A stretch of DNA of 52,990 nucleotides from a virus, in IMG/VR virus record IMGVR_UViG_3300045988_126024; one strand, written 5' to 3'. The stretch's first letter is position 1. Every line of letters starts with the position of its first letter. Both the position numbers and the translations under genes were made by a program. Shown one piece after another: positions 41,311 through 50,252 of the stretch. Under the pieces are notes generated by a model. It did no database searches, had not been told where the DNA came from, and worked only from the letters and a program-made list of their open reading frames with translations.

Positions 41311-41811
41311 TTACTTTGTCCTCCATGTGATACCCTCAATCATTCCGCCTGTATTAACAAGCGGGTTACTGCTGCCTTTTTGTTCAACGGTATAAGGGTG
41401 ATTTGGCGGATTAGATAAATCACGGGCGTATGTTTTTATGTTCGTTGCCAACACTTGACCTATCATATCAAGTAATTGTTGGTCGCTCATATATCCGCCC
41501 GCCACCTGCTCAACGGCTCTGTCTGCTTGCTTCATTACCTTATCAATATTCTTGTCGTGTCCTGTTCTCAAAAATGACCTTTCAGGAATTTTGATTGTGG
41601 TAGTGTTTGGTGACAAATGCAAGCCGTGATAATGCAAATAGGCTCTCATTTTTTGGGTCACGGTAATATTACAGCCGTATTCGTGGATTGCGGCTAACCA
41701 TTGATGTTCACCCTCAATAACGCCGACTTCAACTTTTCTTCCGTCTAATGTCTTAATGCTTTTTGTCATGTCAGGCATTTTATTGACGGTTGTTTTCCAC
41801 TTTATGCCCAT
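41311..41811 (-). CDS. HK97 gp10-like head-tail joining protein
   Basis: Contains AAIHEYGCNI...IPERSFLRTGHD, resembling the gp10 family pattern. Confidence 0.5.
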   Translation of the reverse strand: MGIKWKTTVNKMPDMTKSIKTLDGRKVEVGVIEGEHQWLAAIHEYGCNITVTQKMRAYLHYHGLHLSPNTTTIKIPERSFLRTGHDKNIDKVMKQADRAVEQVAGGYMSDQQLLDMIGQVLATNIKTYARDLSNPPNHPYTVEQKGSSNPLVNTGGMIEGITWRTK

Positions 41812-41829
41812 AGCACCGAACCCCCTTTT

Positions 41830-42183
41830 TTACTTCCACCTGCTAACGGCAGAAACAAAAGAAACAGGCGACACAAGGCAGTCACCAAGTAAACTGCTTG
41901 CTAAATCCCACAAAAGACTGTTTTTATCACTTGTATTGAATGACTGTGACAATCCCTCTATGCTTTCGCTTGATACGCTTACATCTGTTGCCATTGCTTC
42001 TTTGAATTTAACGACAAAAAGCCTTACACTTGCGGGCAAGGCTTTTAAGTCGTCGTCTTTGTTCACATCAAATTGCAATGTTGTATTGTTAAGCACCCAT
42101 TGTAAAGCACTTTCAATCATTAGCAAGTCAGTATCTTTAATCTCAAATCCAAGATTTAACAATGCTGCTTGTTCTTTTGTCAT
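41830..42183 (-). CDS. Head-tail connector (gp6-like)
   Basis: Lies directly downstream of the capsid gene. 117 aa. Confidence 0.45.
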   Translation of the reverse strand: MTKEQAALLNLGFEIKDTDLLMIESALQWVLNNTTLQFDVNKDDDLKALPASVRLFVVKFKEAMATDVSVSSESIEGLSQSFNTSDKNSLLWDLASSLLGDCLVSPVSFVSAVSRWK

Positions 42184-42195
42184 TTAATCACCTGC

Positions 42196-43263
42196 TTAGG
42201 CTACTTCGATAGCGTAGCACTCGTTCGCACGCTCAAAGGACGGCAGCACGATTTCGGAAGCCGTTGTCTTAGTGTTCACGGGGTCGTCAGTAATAGTAAC
42301 TGCAACCGCAACGCCAGTGTTCACGATAGATACACTTGCGTCCGCTCTCGTTGCAAGCGTTCTTTCTTCGGGGGTAGTGCCGTACCAAGTGTTGCCCAAA
42401 GTACCCGACGGCAACATCATTACAATGTTGTCAGGATAAAACTTTTGAGCCGTGCCGCTTTCGTTCTTAAACTGCTTATTGTAAACCACAATAGATACAT
42501 TCAGTTCTTCCTCAATGTACGCTCTCACTCTTGCGGTGGTGTAGTTCACATTTGCGGTGGTGTTCTGTGCCAGCACGCCGCTCTGTACTTTCTTGCTGTT
42601 CTTGATATAGTTGAAAGTCGCCTTAGACATCAGCAGAACGGCGGGGCGGTTGCCCGTTGCTTCCTCCTGTGCGTCCAATGCGTCCTCAATATCCTTTACG
42701 GGGTCGCAAGTATCAGCAGCAGACCACTTATTAGCGGCAGTAGTGATTTTCTTGTAATGTTCTTTCTTCCAACTGCCGTCAGGGTCGTAGTTATAGGTAT
42801 AATTTACGCCGTTTGCAGAAATAGCAATGCCCATAGAACCGCTAAGGGGTGCCAGCAACTGCATAATCATTCTTTCAGGCACAACATTTGCGCCGTCAAT
42901 AAGGGTCTGCGTATCGTTGAAAATGTTGTTCAGCACCTGCGTTGCGTAGGGGTCGTTTGCGTCCTGCACCCGCATAATTTCCTGCTCGTCTGCTTCCTTT
43001 ACAAGCATACTCTCACGGAAAAACGCCATTTCGGTTTCGTTAATGCTCACGCCTACACGGTCACGGAATTTAGACTTTGCGTCAAAGGCGGACGGTGCAA
43101 GAGAAACGGGCAAACCGTTGTGCCCCTTAATCCATTTCAGGTCAAGACCTGCCTTTTTCTGTGCGGGGAAAAGACCCGCACCAAAATACGGAATAGCATT
43201 ACTTGCCGCATTCGTATAGTTAAGGGCAATAGCGTCCGCATTGAAAACTTCTGATAATCTCAT
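42196..43263 (-). CDS. Major capsid protein (phage capsid E-like)
   Basis: 355 aa. Contains GAGLFPAQKKAGLDLKWIKGHNGLPVSLAPSAFDAKSKFRDR. Sits after the scaffold and decoration genes. Confidence 0.75.
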   Translation of the reverse strand: MRLSEVFNADAIALNYTNAASNAIPYFGAGLFPAQKKAGLDLKWIKGHNGLPVSLAPSAFDAKSKFRDRVGVSINETEMAFFRESMLVKEADEQEIMRVQDANDPYATQVLNNIFNDTQTLIDGANVVPERMIMQLLAPLSGSMGIAISANGVNYTYNYDPDGSWKKEHYKKITTAANKWSAADTCDPVKDIEDALDAQEEATGNRPAVLLMSKATFNYIKNSKKVQSGVLAQNTTANVNYTTARVRAYIEEELNVSIVVYNKQFKNESGTAQKFYPDNIVMMLPSGTLGNTWYGTTPEERTLATRADASVSIVNTGVAVAVTITDDPVNTKTTASEIVLPSFERANECYAIEVA

Positions 43264-43277
43264 GTGTTAAATCCTCC

Positions 43278-43601
43278 TTACATAAAAGTAATTTGTTTAA
43301 GAACAGTCTTAGCGCCAATTTTAGTACCGCTATCACTTGTGGTGTCCGCAGTGGGTGCAGCGGGCAGCTTAGCGGCAACGATAAAGCCGTGAATTACAAT
43401 AGCGCCGTTCGGGTTCTCGGCGGGGTACACATCATTCAGCAACACACCGATTGCCTTATCGTCATTAGACGGAATAATAGTGCCTGCCTTAATAACACCG
43501 TTAGTTGCGGTGATTTCAGAGCAATTATACGGAATTGCTACAAAATGGTCGTTAGCAAGGATATTTACACCCTGCGTAACATCTTTGGTAGTAAATTTCA
43601 T
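43278..43601 (-). CDS. Head decoration-like protein
   Basis: 107 aa, between the scaffold and capsid genes. Confidence 0.4.
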   Translation of the reverse strand: MKFTTKDVTQGVNILANDHFVAIPYNCSEITATNGVIKAGTIIPSNDDKAIGVLLNDVYPAENPNGAIVIHGFIVAAKLPAAPTADTTSDSGTKIGAKTVLKQITFM

Positions 43602-44335
43602 TACTTCTTACCTCCTAAGTAATAATCCAAGATTTCATTTGATTTCTTTTGCGCTTCTGCTTTCGCTTTGCCAAGTTCAGCAGCAACGCTTGTGTTTTTA
43701 TCGTCCGTTGAGCTGCCCTTGCCGCTCCCGTTAGGTGTTCTGCCGTTAGCCTTAAAGGTAGCGTCAACTTTGGCAGTAACAAATCTGTCAACAAGGCTTT
43801 TGAATGACTTTACTTTTGCGTTAATAGCGTTTTCGTCCTCGCCCATTACAAAGTCAATAAGTTCAAGGGATAAATCGCTGCCGTCGTCAAGTTCTGCTTC
43901 TTTAATTGCCTTAATAGCATACAGTCTGTTTTCTCTTTCAAGTAAGGCTTGTTCCTTTTCTGTCAATGCTTTTTCTTTGTCGGCAATTTCAAGATTTTTA
44001 ATCTCTGCGTCGGTCAACTTTTCCTTTTTCAATCTGTCAAGTTCTTTTTGCAAATCTGCTTTCTGTTTGCCAAGTTCAGCCGTGATTTTGTCTACTCTTG
44101 ACTGAATGAGTTTGTCGAGCGCTTCCGTTGATAACTGGGACTGATTTTGCGTGTTATTGTCGTCGCCTTTACCAGCGCCGCCGTCACCGTCACCAGTTCC
44201 GTTATCGCCATTGTCGCCGCCGCTTGCGCCGTCTCCGCTGCCACCGTCTGCAAACATCTGAATGTTGAGCGGCAAAAGTGAAGTTTTAACAGCGTCAAGC
44301 GTGTTTTCTGCTGCCGTGATTTGTTCTGTCGTCAT
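43601..44335 (-). CDS. Scaffolding protein
   Basis: ATG 44335 follows GGAGG. Has LPLNIQMFADGG near the N-terminus, a Gly/Asp-rich tract and a long coiled coil. Confidence 0.65.
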   Translation of the reverse strand: MTTEQITAAENTLDAVKTSLLPLNIQMFADGGSGDGASGGDNGDNGTGDGDGGAGKGDDNNTQNQSQLSTEALDKLIQSRVDKITAELGKQKADLQKELDRLKKEKLTDAEIKNLEIADKEKALTEKEQALLERENRLYAIKAIKEAELDDGSDLSLELIDFVMGEDENAINAKVKSFKSLVDRFVTAKVDATFKANGRTPNGSGKGSSTDDKNTSVAAELGKAKAEAQKKSNEILDYYLGGKK

Positions 44336-44403
44336 TGTTTTGTTCCTCCATACCATATAGATATTTTTTTGCTTCCGTATAGAAAGCGTTTTTGAATACA
44401 AAA

Positions 44404-44430
44404 AAGAACGCACCATATAGATACGCTCTT
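44404..44430 (-). terminator. Terminator-like hairpin 2 upstream of the scaffold gene
   Basis: Minus-sense AAGAGCG-N11-TGCGTTCTT followed by T6. The loop carries TATCTATATGGT, which is repeated 60 bp downstream (44352-44363). Confidence 0.45.
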
Positions 44431-44448
44431 TCTTTGTACTTATAAAAA

Positions 44449-44498
44449 ACCGTTCATTTCGACACACCGCTTATCGTGCGGGGTTTACTATGAACGGT
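44449..44498 (-). terminator. Long terminator hairpin 1 upstream of the scaffold gene
   Basis: Minus-sense ACCGTTCAT ... ATGAACGGT (9 bp) enclosing CCGC-ACGATAA-GCGG, followed by T6. Confidence 0.55.
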
Positions 44499-44517
44499 AT
44501 AGTTAATATGAAAATCT

Positions 44518-44727
44518 TTAGTTCCAATATTCAAGCATTCCAGCAAGCGACACTGCACATTGCCACGGTGACTGCCCTTTATAGTCCCTTTGACTTTCAA
44601 TGTACTCAATATTCTTTTTTGCACGCTCAATTTCTTCTAAAGCGTCCTCGTCGTCTTTATAGTCTTGTTCAAGGCGTTCAATAATCTGTGTTGCGGACAT
44701 ATCGCCCATTTCATTTTGCGTCAACAT
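44518..44727 (-). CDS. Hypothetical acidic protein
   Basis: Complete 69-aa ORF with a GAGGTGAAAG SD. Confidence 0.45.
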   Translation of the reverse strand: MLTQNEMGDMSATQIIERLEQDYKDDEDALEEIERAKKNIEYIESQRDYKGQSPWQCAVSLAGMLEYWN

Positions 44728-44844
44728 ATACTTTCACCTCTACAATATTATAATATATAAAACTTTTTTAGTATATTGACACATTACACAAAATTGTATG
44801 TAAATATTTGTATTTGTTTGTGCAATATGCGAGTTACATTTATA

Positions 44845-44927
44845 TTGACTTTCTACCGCTTTTGCGGTACAATATATACATAAGATAAAGAAACAAAGCC
44901 GACGGGCTTTAAGCGTAGAAAGGTAAA
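44845..44927 (+). promoter_or_regulatory. Type-2 moron promoter/leader cassette, copy 1
   Basis: TTGACT (44845-50), 17 nt, TACAAT (44868-73). The 32-nt leader AAGCCGACGGGCTTTAAGCGTAGAAAGGTAAA (44896-44927) is identical to 50218-50249. Confidence 0.65.
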
Positions 44928-44931
44928 TGTT

Positions 44932-45285
44932 ATGAAATTCTATCAAGTAGTTGTATCAAAAGGCTGTGATGAATTTGTTGAGTATTCAGGCGTTGATATT
45001 GAATGCGCAAAGGCGGCGCAGTCTAACGCACTTGCAGACTATGACCGCTTAACACGGTTTGACAAAGAAAGAACATCAGTTGAGTGCCGTGTTTATGATA
45101 TTGATGATACGGTCAATGTGAATGATAGCGACGAATTAGTAAATGCGCTCTGTGACTGTATCGGCTATGACCCACTGAATGCAGAAACTGACATTTACAA
45201 AGAAGCGTCATGCGACTTGTACGGCTATTGCAATGGCGGTAATTGTCGATACTTTGGCGAGTGCCTTCGTGACTGCCTTTGCTGA
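44932..45285 (+). CDS. Hypothetical protein with Cys-rich C-terminus (moron)
   Basis: Complete 117-aa ORF on the opposite strand, with its own promoter and terminator. Confidence 0.55.
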   Translation: MKFYQVVVSKGCDEFVEYSGVDIECAKAAQSNALADYDRLTRFDKERTSVECRVYDIDDTVNVNDSDELVNALCDCIGYDPLNAETDIYKEASCDLYGYCNGGNCRYFGECLRDCLC

Positions 45286-45291
45286 CAAAAA

Positions 45292-45309
45292 GGGGGCTTG
45301 AAAGCCCCT
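45292..45309. terminator. Bidirectional terminator
   Basis: GGGGGCTT-GA-AAGCCCC flanked by A4 and T7. Confidence 0.7.
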
Positions 45310-45313
45310 TTTT

Positions 45314-46930
45314 TTATTTGCCCTCTTGCGCTTTTAACAGCTTGTCACGGTAACTCAATGCTGCGTCGTAATCTTCAATCGTTTTCAGTTTGTCTAATTC
45401 CTCTTGCGTAGATACCTTGTAAGCCTTTTTGGCGTTCTTTTCAATAACTGTTTGCAAGTCGTCTGTGTTCTTCATCATAACATACACATCAGGGCGAGTT
45501 TTCAGCAAATACGGGTCGTCCACATAATCAGCATTAAACGGTATTCTTGCAACAGGAACATAGCCGCACTTTTCATAAGAATTTGCAAGAAACGAACCGT
45601 AACAATCCATTTTTTCACCGCCGTTTGCCCTTGCTGTTATAATGAGGTCATTTACGCCACCTTTTACCTTATATTCTGCGTTTTTGAATACTGCCGTTAT
45701 ATCCCCGTCGGGCTTAACCGCCACGCCTGCCATTTGATTTTCAGAAAGAAACAGTTTGAAGTCTTTAAGTTCTTCGAGCGGGTGAGTATCAACGCAAGCC
45801 GCCGCCCCACCTTGCTTTTTCATTTCCCTTATTGCCTTATCAAATGCCGCTGTGTCCGTAGTTCGTTGCAGTTCGAGATTTGCAATGCCGTTATTATTCA
45901 TCTGCTGCTTAATGCTGCCGTGAACACTTGCAGTATTTACGGGCTTTCCCGTTGCCTTTTCAAATTCGGCAAAGGTCATTAGGTTATATTCAAGAAAGCA
46001 ACGGCAATTACAGTCATGTCCAGCCACGCCACTATGTGACGGGGCTTTTGTTTTAACGCCGTCGTCAAACTTGAAGTAGTCGCCCGCTTTAACAGTCCGC
46101 CCCTCCATTGTCACATGATTAGGCTTGCCAAAATAAGAACGCCGTCCTGCTGTATATTTCTTTCGTGCTTTTACGCCTGCTTTTCTCTTGTATGCCGCAA
46201 CCTGCGGGCGCACCCGTTCATCTTTCATTGTGCGCCAAGTAGCCGCATAAATGTAATTGCTGCCGTCAAAGCATTGTTGCAAGTCAACGGCACAATCCAT
46301 AAAGCCGCCCTCTTGTACTCTGTGCGTTTCTGTTCGGGCTATTGTAATTGCCTTGCGATAATCAATATCAAGTCTGTTTGACAGTTTCTTTGCGACTGTT
46401 TCGTATCTATCCCCCGTTACTAAAGCCATATTCAATTCTTGCTTTATGCCGTAAATGACCTCTGCCCTATGCTTTTCCAACACATCAGGCAAAGTTAAGC
46501 CGCTGACTGGGTTGTCAACGGCATTTTTCATAACTTCGGGTCTTACAGACAGTCCTTGCAATTTGGCGGCAAGTTCAGCGTCGCTATTTGATTTTTGCAC
46601 CGCTTCGACCATACCGTCATAGCAACTTTTGTATGTTTCCTCTACGGTATCAAGAATAAGTTTTGCATATTTCGGGCTTAAACCGTCAACCTGCTTTTCG
46701 ACTTCTTCAAGAAAACGGGCATAGCGGCTTTGTGACTGCAACAAAGCAATGCTTAAATTGCCGTCACTATCCGCATACTGTGCATACTCATTGCCAAGAA
46801 AGCCTATTAACTCTTTCATCAATGCTTTGTATAAGCGTCTGATTTTCTTTTCCGCTCCCGCTGTTCTGTGTTCTTCAATTCGCCGTAACTCGGCAAAATA
46901 GCGGTCAAGCGTCTTTTTTGAAATCGGCAT
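45314..46930 (-). CDS. MuF / SPP1 gp7-like minor head protein with about 200-aa extra C-terminal domain
   Basis: Contains ARTETHRVQEGG...HVTMEGRTV...GHDCNCRCFLEY (MuF core), then GVAVKPDGDITAVFKN...ARANGGEKMDCYGSFLANSYEKCGYVPVARIPFNADY. Confidence 0.75.
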   Translation of the reverse strand: MPISKKTLDRYFAELRRIEEHRTAGAEKKIRRLYKALMKELIGFLGNEYAQYADSDGNLSIALLQSQSRYARFLEEVEKQVDGLSPKYAKLILDTVEETYKSCYDGMVEAVQKSNSDAELAAKLQGLSVRPEVMKNAVDNPVSGLTLPDVLEKHRAEVIYGIKQELNMALVTGDRYETVAKKLSNRLDIDYRKAITIARTETHRVQEGGFMDCAVDLQQCFDGSNYIYAATWRTMKDERVRPQVAAYKRKAGVKARKKYTAGRRSYFGKPNHVTMEGRTVKAGDYFKFDDGVKTKAPSHSGVAGHDCNCRCFLEYNLMTFAEFEKATGKPVNTASVHGSIKQQMNNNGIANLELQRTTDTAAFDKAIREMKKQGGAAACVDTHPLEELKDFKLFLSENQMAGVAVKPDGDITAVFKNAEYKVKGGVNDLIITARANGGEKMDCYGSFLANSYEKCGYVPVARIPFNADYVDDPYLLKTRPDVYVMMKNTDDLQTVIEKNAKKAYKVSTQEELDKLKTIEDYDAALSYRDKLLKAQEGK

Positions 46931-48378
46931 TACTCATTATCCTTTTTTGCCTTTTTTTCGTCGTCTGTTTCTTCATCTTCGGGAATGTCTTTTGATAATG
47001 GTGTAATATCGTTCATTTCCTTTTCTTTAAGGGATAGAACATAATCAACATCATCAATAAACGACAACTGGCTATATACAATCTCGTCAGGCAAGCCGAT
47101 AGCCTTTAATGCCTGCGCCGTCGTTGCTTCGTTAGCAAGGTCAAGCGGGAAGTTACGCACAAAGTCCATATCTGCCTGCAACGGGTCAAATGCAATTTGC
47201 TTTTTCGCCCATGCGCTCGCAAGAACACGCCACATATACTGTCCTGCGTCCATCATCTTTGCTTCAAACATACCGCACTTTGTTTCAAGCCCGTGCAGTT
47301 TGAATTTTAGTGATACACCGCTTGCCGCTCCAAAGGTTTCATCATTCAAATTTGGCGTTTTACTGAAACGATAGATATTATCCTGCACACGCTGTAAATG
47401 GTGCTCGGTAAAACTGTCGTTGATATTCTTTGTTAAGAAATACGCCTTGCCCTGCTGCGTACCCGTGGGCGGGAACACAAAAGAACCGCTTTTCTGCCCC
47501 TCTTTGATTGTTTTGTCGCTGATTTTCAGATTTTCAAAAATCAAATAGGCGTGTACAAACGCTTCTACCTCGTTTGAATTATCCGACAATACTTTGTCGT
47601 AATCATCAATCAAAGAAAGCACCTTTTCAGCGTCGCCCAACATTTCTTTGTTGTTTGCGATACCTTGCAACGGGCACAAATCGAACATGTGCGGCTTAGG
47701 CTCGCCGTCCTGCTCCAATTTGGACAGGTAGCCCCTGAATGTGTAAATGTATGTATTGTCGTAGAATTCAACCACCCACGACTTTACATTGTTAATATCC
47801 CATACAGGATAATAGCGGATTGCATACTTCGGCTCTGAAATATCGGTCTTTGACAAAATGATAGTTTCAAATCCATGTACGGGCATTACTCTTTCGTTGC
47901 CGTCGGTATCAACATAAAAAAGCCTGCCAGCATAACCGTAAATGCTTGCAAACTTCGTTGTTTCCATATCCACACCGTACATATTGTTACGGGTGATAAA
48001 GTCGGTCTGCGCTTTTGTTGCCTTTTCAACCGCTTCTTTACCGCCCGTTGCTTCTTCTGCTTCGTCATTTTGTCCGTAACTGTATGTAATAGGCTTGCCA
48101 GCAAAATAGCCCGTCTTAAAATCTACAATTTCACTGAAAAAGTCATTGTTGATTTTGTTGTTTATCGGGTCTTGTTCTTCAAATCTCGGCTCACGCTTGA
48201 AAATAGGCACGCCACCGTCCATAGTCATATAGCGGTCATACAGTTTTTTGTTGTAAAGCGCATTTCCTCTGTGTTTATTGATAATCTTGCTTAGCAATTC
48301 GGGTGTAATGCCGTTGCTGTCAATTTCATCAATAAAAGCCGTAAAATCGGGGTACAACTCATTTATTTTTCTTGCCAT
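46930..48378 (-). CDS. Portal protein (SPP1 gp6-like)
   Basis: 482 aa, between TerL and MuF. Contains NNKINNDFFSEIVDFKTGYFAGKPITY and an acidic C-terminus. Confidence 0.8.
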   Translation of the reverse strand: MARKINELYPDFTAFIDEIDSNGITPELLSKIINKHRGNALYNKKLYDRYMTMDGGVPIFKREPRFEEQDPINNKINNDFFSEIVDFKTGYFAGKPITYSYGQNDEAEEATGGKEAVEKATKAQTDFITRNNMYGVDMETTKFASIYGYAGRLFYVDTDGNERVMPVHGFETIILSKTDISEPKYAIRYYPVWDINNVKSWVVEFYDNTYIYTFRGYLSKLEQDGEPKPHMFDLCPLQGIANNKEMLGDAEKVLSLIDDYDKVLSDNSNEVEAFVHAYLIFENLKISDKTIKEGQKSGSFVFPPTGTQQGKAYFLTKNINDSFTEHHLQRVQDNIYRFSKTPNLNDETFGAASGVSLKFKLHGLETKCGMFEAKMMDAGQYMWRVLASAWAKKQIAFDPLQADMDFVRNFPLDLANEATTAQALKAIGLPDEIVYSQLSFIDDVDYVLSLKEKEMNDITPLSKDIPEDEETDDEKKAKKDNE

Positions 48379-48518
48379 TTTTTTCCTCGCTTCTTCTTTT
48401 TAGATTTATAGTTCGCTATCTTTCTGTCAAATAGCACTTTATTGTCATAAGTAACGGTCATACCGCACCTTTGACATACTCTTACATCATTGACGGTTAC
48501 AAACTCATGATTGCACAT
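48363..48518 (-). CDS. Small zinc-ribbon ORF (51 aa) between TerL and portal
   Basis: TAATG overlap with the TerL stop. Translation MCNHEFVTVNDVRVCQRCGMTVTYDNKVLF...KKKKRGKK. Confidence 0.3.
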   Translation of the reverse strand: MCNHEFVTVNDVRVCQRCGMTVTYDNKVLFDRKIANYKSKKKKRGKKWQEK

Positions 48519-49753
48519 TACAGTCTTGTCCCTGCCTTTACCTCTGCTTCTAACATTTCTTGCTCAAGCGCATATCTCAAAGCGTCTAAAAGGTGATTGT
48601 TTGCGTCAACGGGCTTTGCCATTGCGTTACCGTACTTATCCTCTTGCCAATGGTACTGCTCTATCTCGTTTTTGAAATTTTGGCAGCGCACATCAACGAT
48701 TATTTCGTATGTTTGTAACCACCGTATGCCACGATTGATACTATCCGCACCCTTTACGGCAGGCGTTGCATTTACGCCGTGATTTGCTAAATAGTCAATC
48801 GTTTTAGGCTCTGCACTATCGCAAGTAATGTAATCATCACCGACAAAACTATGTGCTACTCTCACAAGTTCATCATCATTCATTCCCGCTTGGTAGAATT
48901 CATCAAGTATGTAAATCTTTTTGCGGGTTTTATCAATATGCACCTTTATTAAGGCGTTAGGGTCTGACGAATAGCCAAAGTCGCAGCCATAATATAAATG
49001 GTCGAAAGCCTTTGACTGCTCGCTCAAATCCTCTGTATGCCAGTTCTTAAAGATAATGTTGCCGAGTATGCCCCAGTTGCCAAGCGAATACACATTGTAA
49101 AAATATGGGTCGCTCTCATTCTCTAATTGCGCTCTATCTTCGGGGGTCAAAAACAAATTATCCTTGTAGGTGGTCTTTAAGATTAGTAAATTATCATCTT
49201 CATAATAATTTTTGTCGTCTTGCCAACCGCCGAAAAATGTTTGATATATCCAATGTGATTTTAAGATAGGGTTAAATGCTAAAATAATGCCTTTGCGGTG
49301 TTCACTGTAACCACGCAAGCGCTTTGTCAACTGCTTGTAGGCGGCGTACTTTATCTCTGTTGCTTCTTCTACAAATATCCTTTCAAGCACGCCCTCAATC
49401 GGTGTAATTGATTTGACCTTTTCAACATCATCAAGCCCCGCAAACAGTATTTGCTTATTGTTCAGGGTGTTAGTAATAACCATATCCGAGCGGTTTATTC
49501 TGTAATACTCGCTCAAATTCATTTTGATTATTGCCTTTGTTACCTCGTTGAATATACTGTTACGCATTGTTTTAGCAACATTACGACAACAAAGCCAATT
49601 AACGCCGTGCATATTATCAAGTACAATCTTTTGTCCGTTGAAATAAGATTTACCACTTGATGAACCACCGTAAAATATCTGTACAAACTGCGGTTTATTA
49701 AGATATGGAAAATACACGGGGTTTATCTTTACATCAATATCTATTTGTACCAC
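48518..49753 (-). CDS. terL: Terminase large subunit (PBSX-like)
   Basis: Walker A FYGGSSSGKSYF. 411 aa with a nuclease C-half. The GTG start has a poor SD. Confidence 0.85.
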   Translation of the reverse strand: MVQIDIDVKINPVYFPYLNKPQFVQIFYGGSSSGKSYFNGQKIVLDNMHGVNWLCCRNVAKTMRNSIFNEVTKAIIKMNLSEYYRINRSDMVITNTLNNKQILFAGLDDVEKVKSITPIEGVLERIFVEEATEIKYAAYKQLTKRLRGYSEHRKGIILAFNPILKSHWIYQTFFGGWQDDKNYYEDDNLLILKTTYKDNLFLTPEDRAQLENESDPYFYNVYSLGNWGILGNIIFKNWHTEDLSEQSKAFDHLYYGCDFGYSSDPNALIKVHIDKTRKKIYILDEFYQAGMNDDELVRVAHSFVGDDYITCDSAEPKTIDYLANHGVNATPAVKGADSINRGIRWLQTYEIIVDVRCQNFKNEIEQYHWQEDKYGNAMAKPVDANNHLLDALRYALEQEMLEAEVKAGTRL

Positions 49754-49788
49754 CGCCCTTTACATCACATCAAAAAACAACACAAAAA

Positions 49789-49811
49789 AGCGGCTGATTT
49801 GCTCAACCGCT
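49789..49811 (-). terminator. Strand-specific terminator immediately upstream of terL
   Basis: Minus-sense AGCGGTTGA-GCAAA-TCAGCCGCT (9 bp, one G-U pair) followed by T6. Confidence 0.6.
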
Positions 49812-49828
49812 TTTGTCTATTGCTTTTC

Positions 49829-50020
49829 TCATTTCGCCGTTATAATCGGCTTGCCCTTTCTTATATCTTCGCTTATGCTTTGTTGCTCTTGAACGCCGTA
49901 AACAGTGGCGTCGGGTTTATGCGCCCTGAAAAACTGCTCTGCGTGTTCTTTGCTTTCTGCCTTGACTATAATTGCCTGATATACGCCGTTATGCTTGTAA
50001 CTGATATTGTATGCTTTCAT
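49829..50020 (-). CDS. Hypothetical 63-aa protein
   Basis: Complete ORF, the first gene after type-1 cassette C. Confidence 0.5.
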   Translation of the reverse strand: MKAYNISYKHNGVYQAIIVKAESKEHAEQFFRAHKPDATVYGVQEQQSISEDIRKGKPIITAK

Positions 50021-50036
50021 TGCTTTTTACCTCTCT

Positions 50037-50126
50037 GTATGGGGGCTATTTATTATTGCTTGCCCCTCATTACACATATATAATAACACATTTGCAGTAT
50101 AATATCTATTGACATTTTGCACAAAG
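50037..50126 (-). promoter_or_regulatory. Type-1 promoter / 5' stem-loop cassette, copy C
   Basis: Stem-loop GTAATGAGGGGC-N15-GCCCCCATAC (50073-50037), then ACAGAGAGGTA. TATTAT at 50085-50080. TTGCACAAAG at 50117-50126. Confidence 0.5.
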
Positions 50127-50166
50127 TTTTGCCTTGATTTTTGTACATTTTTTAGCACTTTTTGTA

Positions 50167-50249
50167 TTGACTTTATACTGCTTTTGTAGTATTATATTAT
50201 TGTAAGTTAAAGGCAATAAGCCGACGGGCTTTAAGCGTAGAAAGGTAAA
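50167..50249 (+). promoter_or_regulatory. Type-2 moron promoter/leader cassette, copy 2
   Basis: TTGACT (50167-72), 17 nt, TATTAT (50190-95). The 32-nt leader at 50218-50249 is identical to 44896-44927. Confidence 0.65.
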
Positions 50250-50252
50250 ATC

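Noticed and set aside
42169-43254. 361-aa plus-strand ORF
   Set aside because: It is fully antisense to the well-supported major capsid gene. It has no SD and odd composition (Cys/Arg/Val-rich). This is a shadow ORF.
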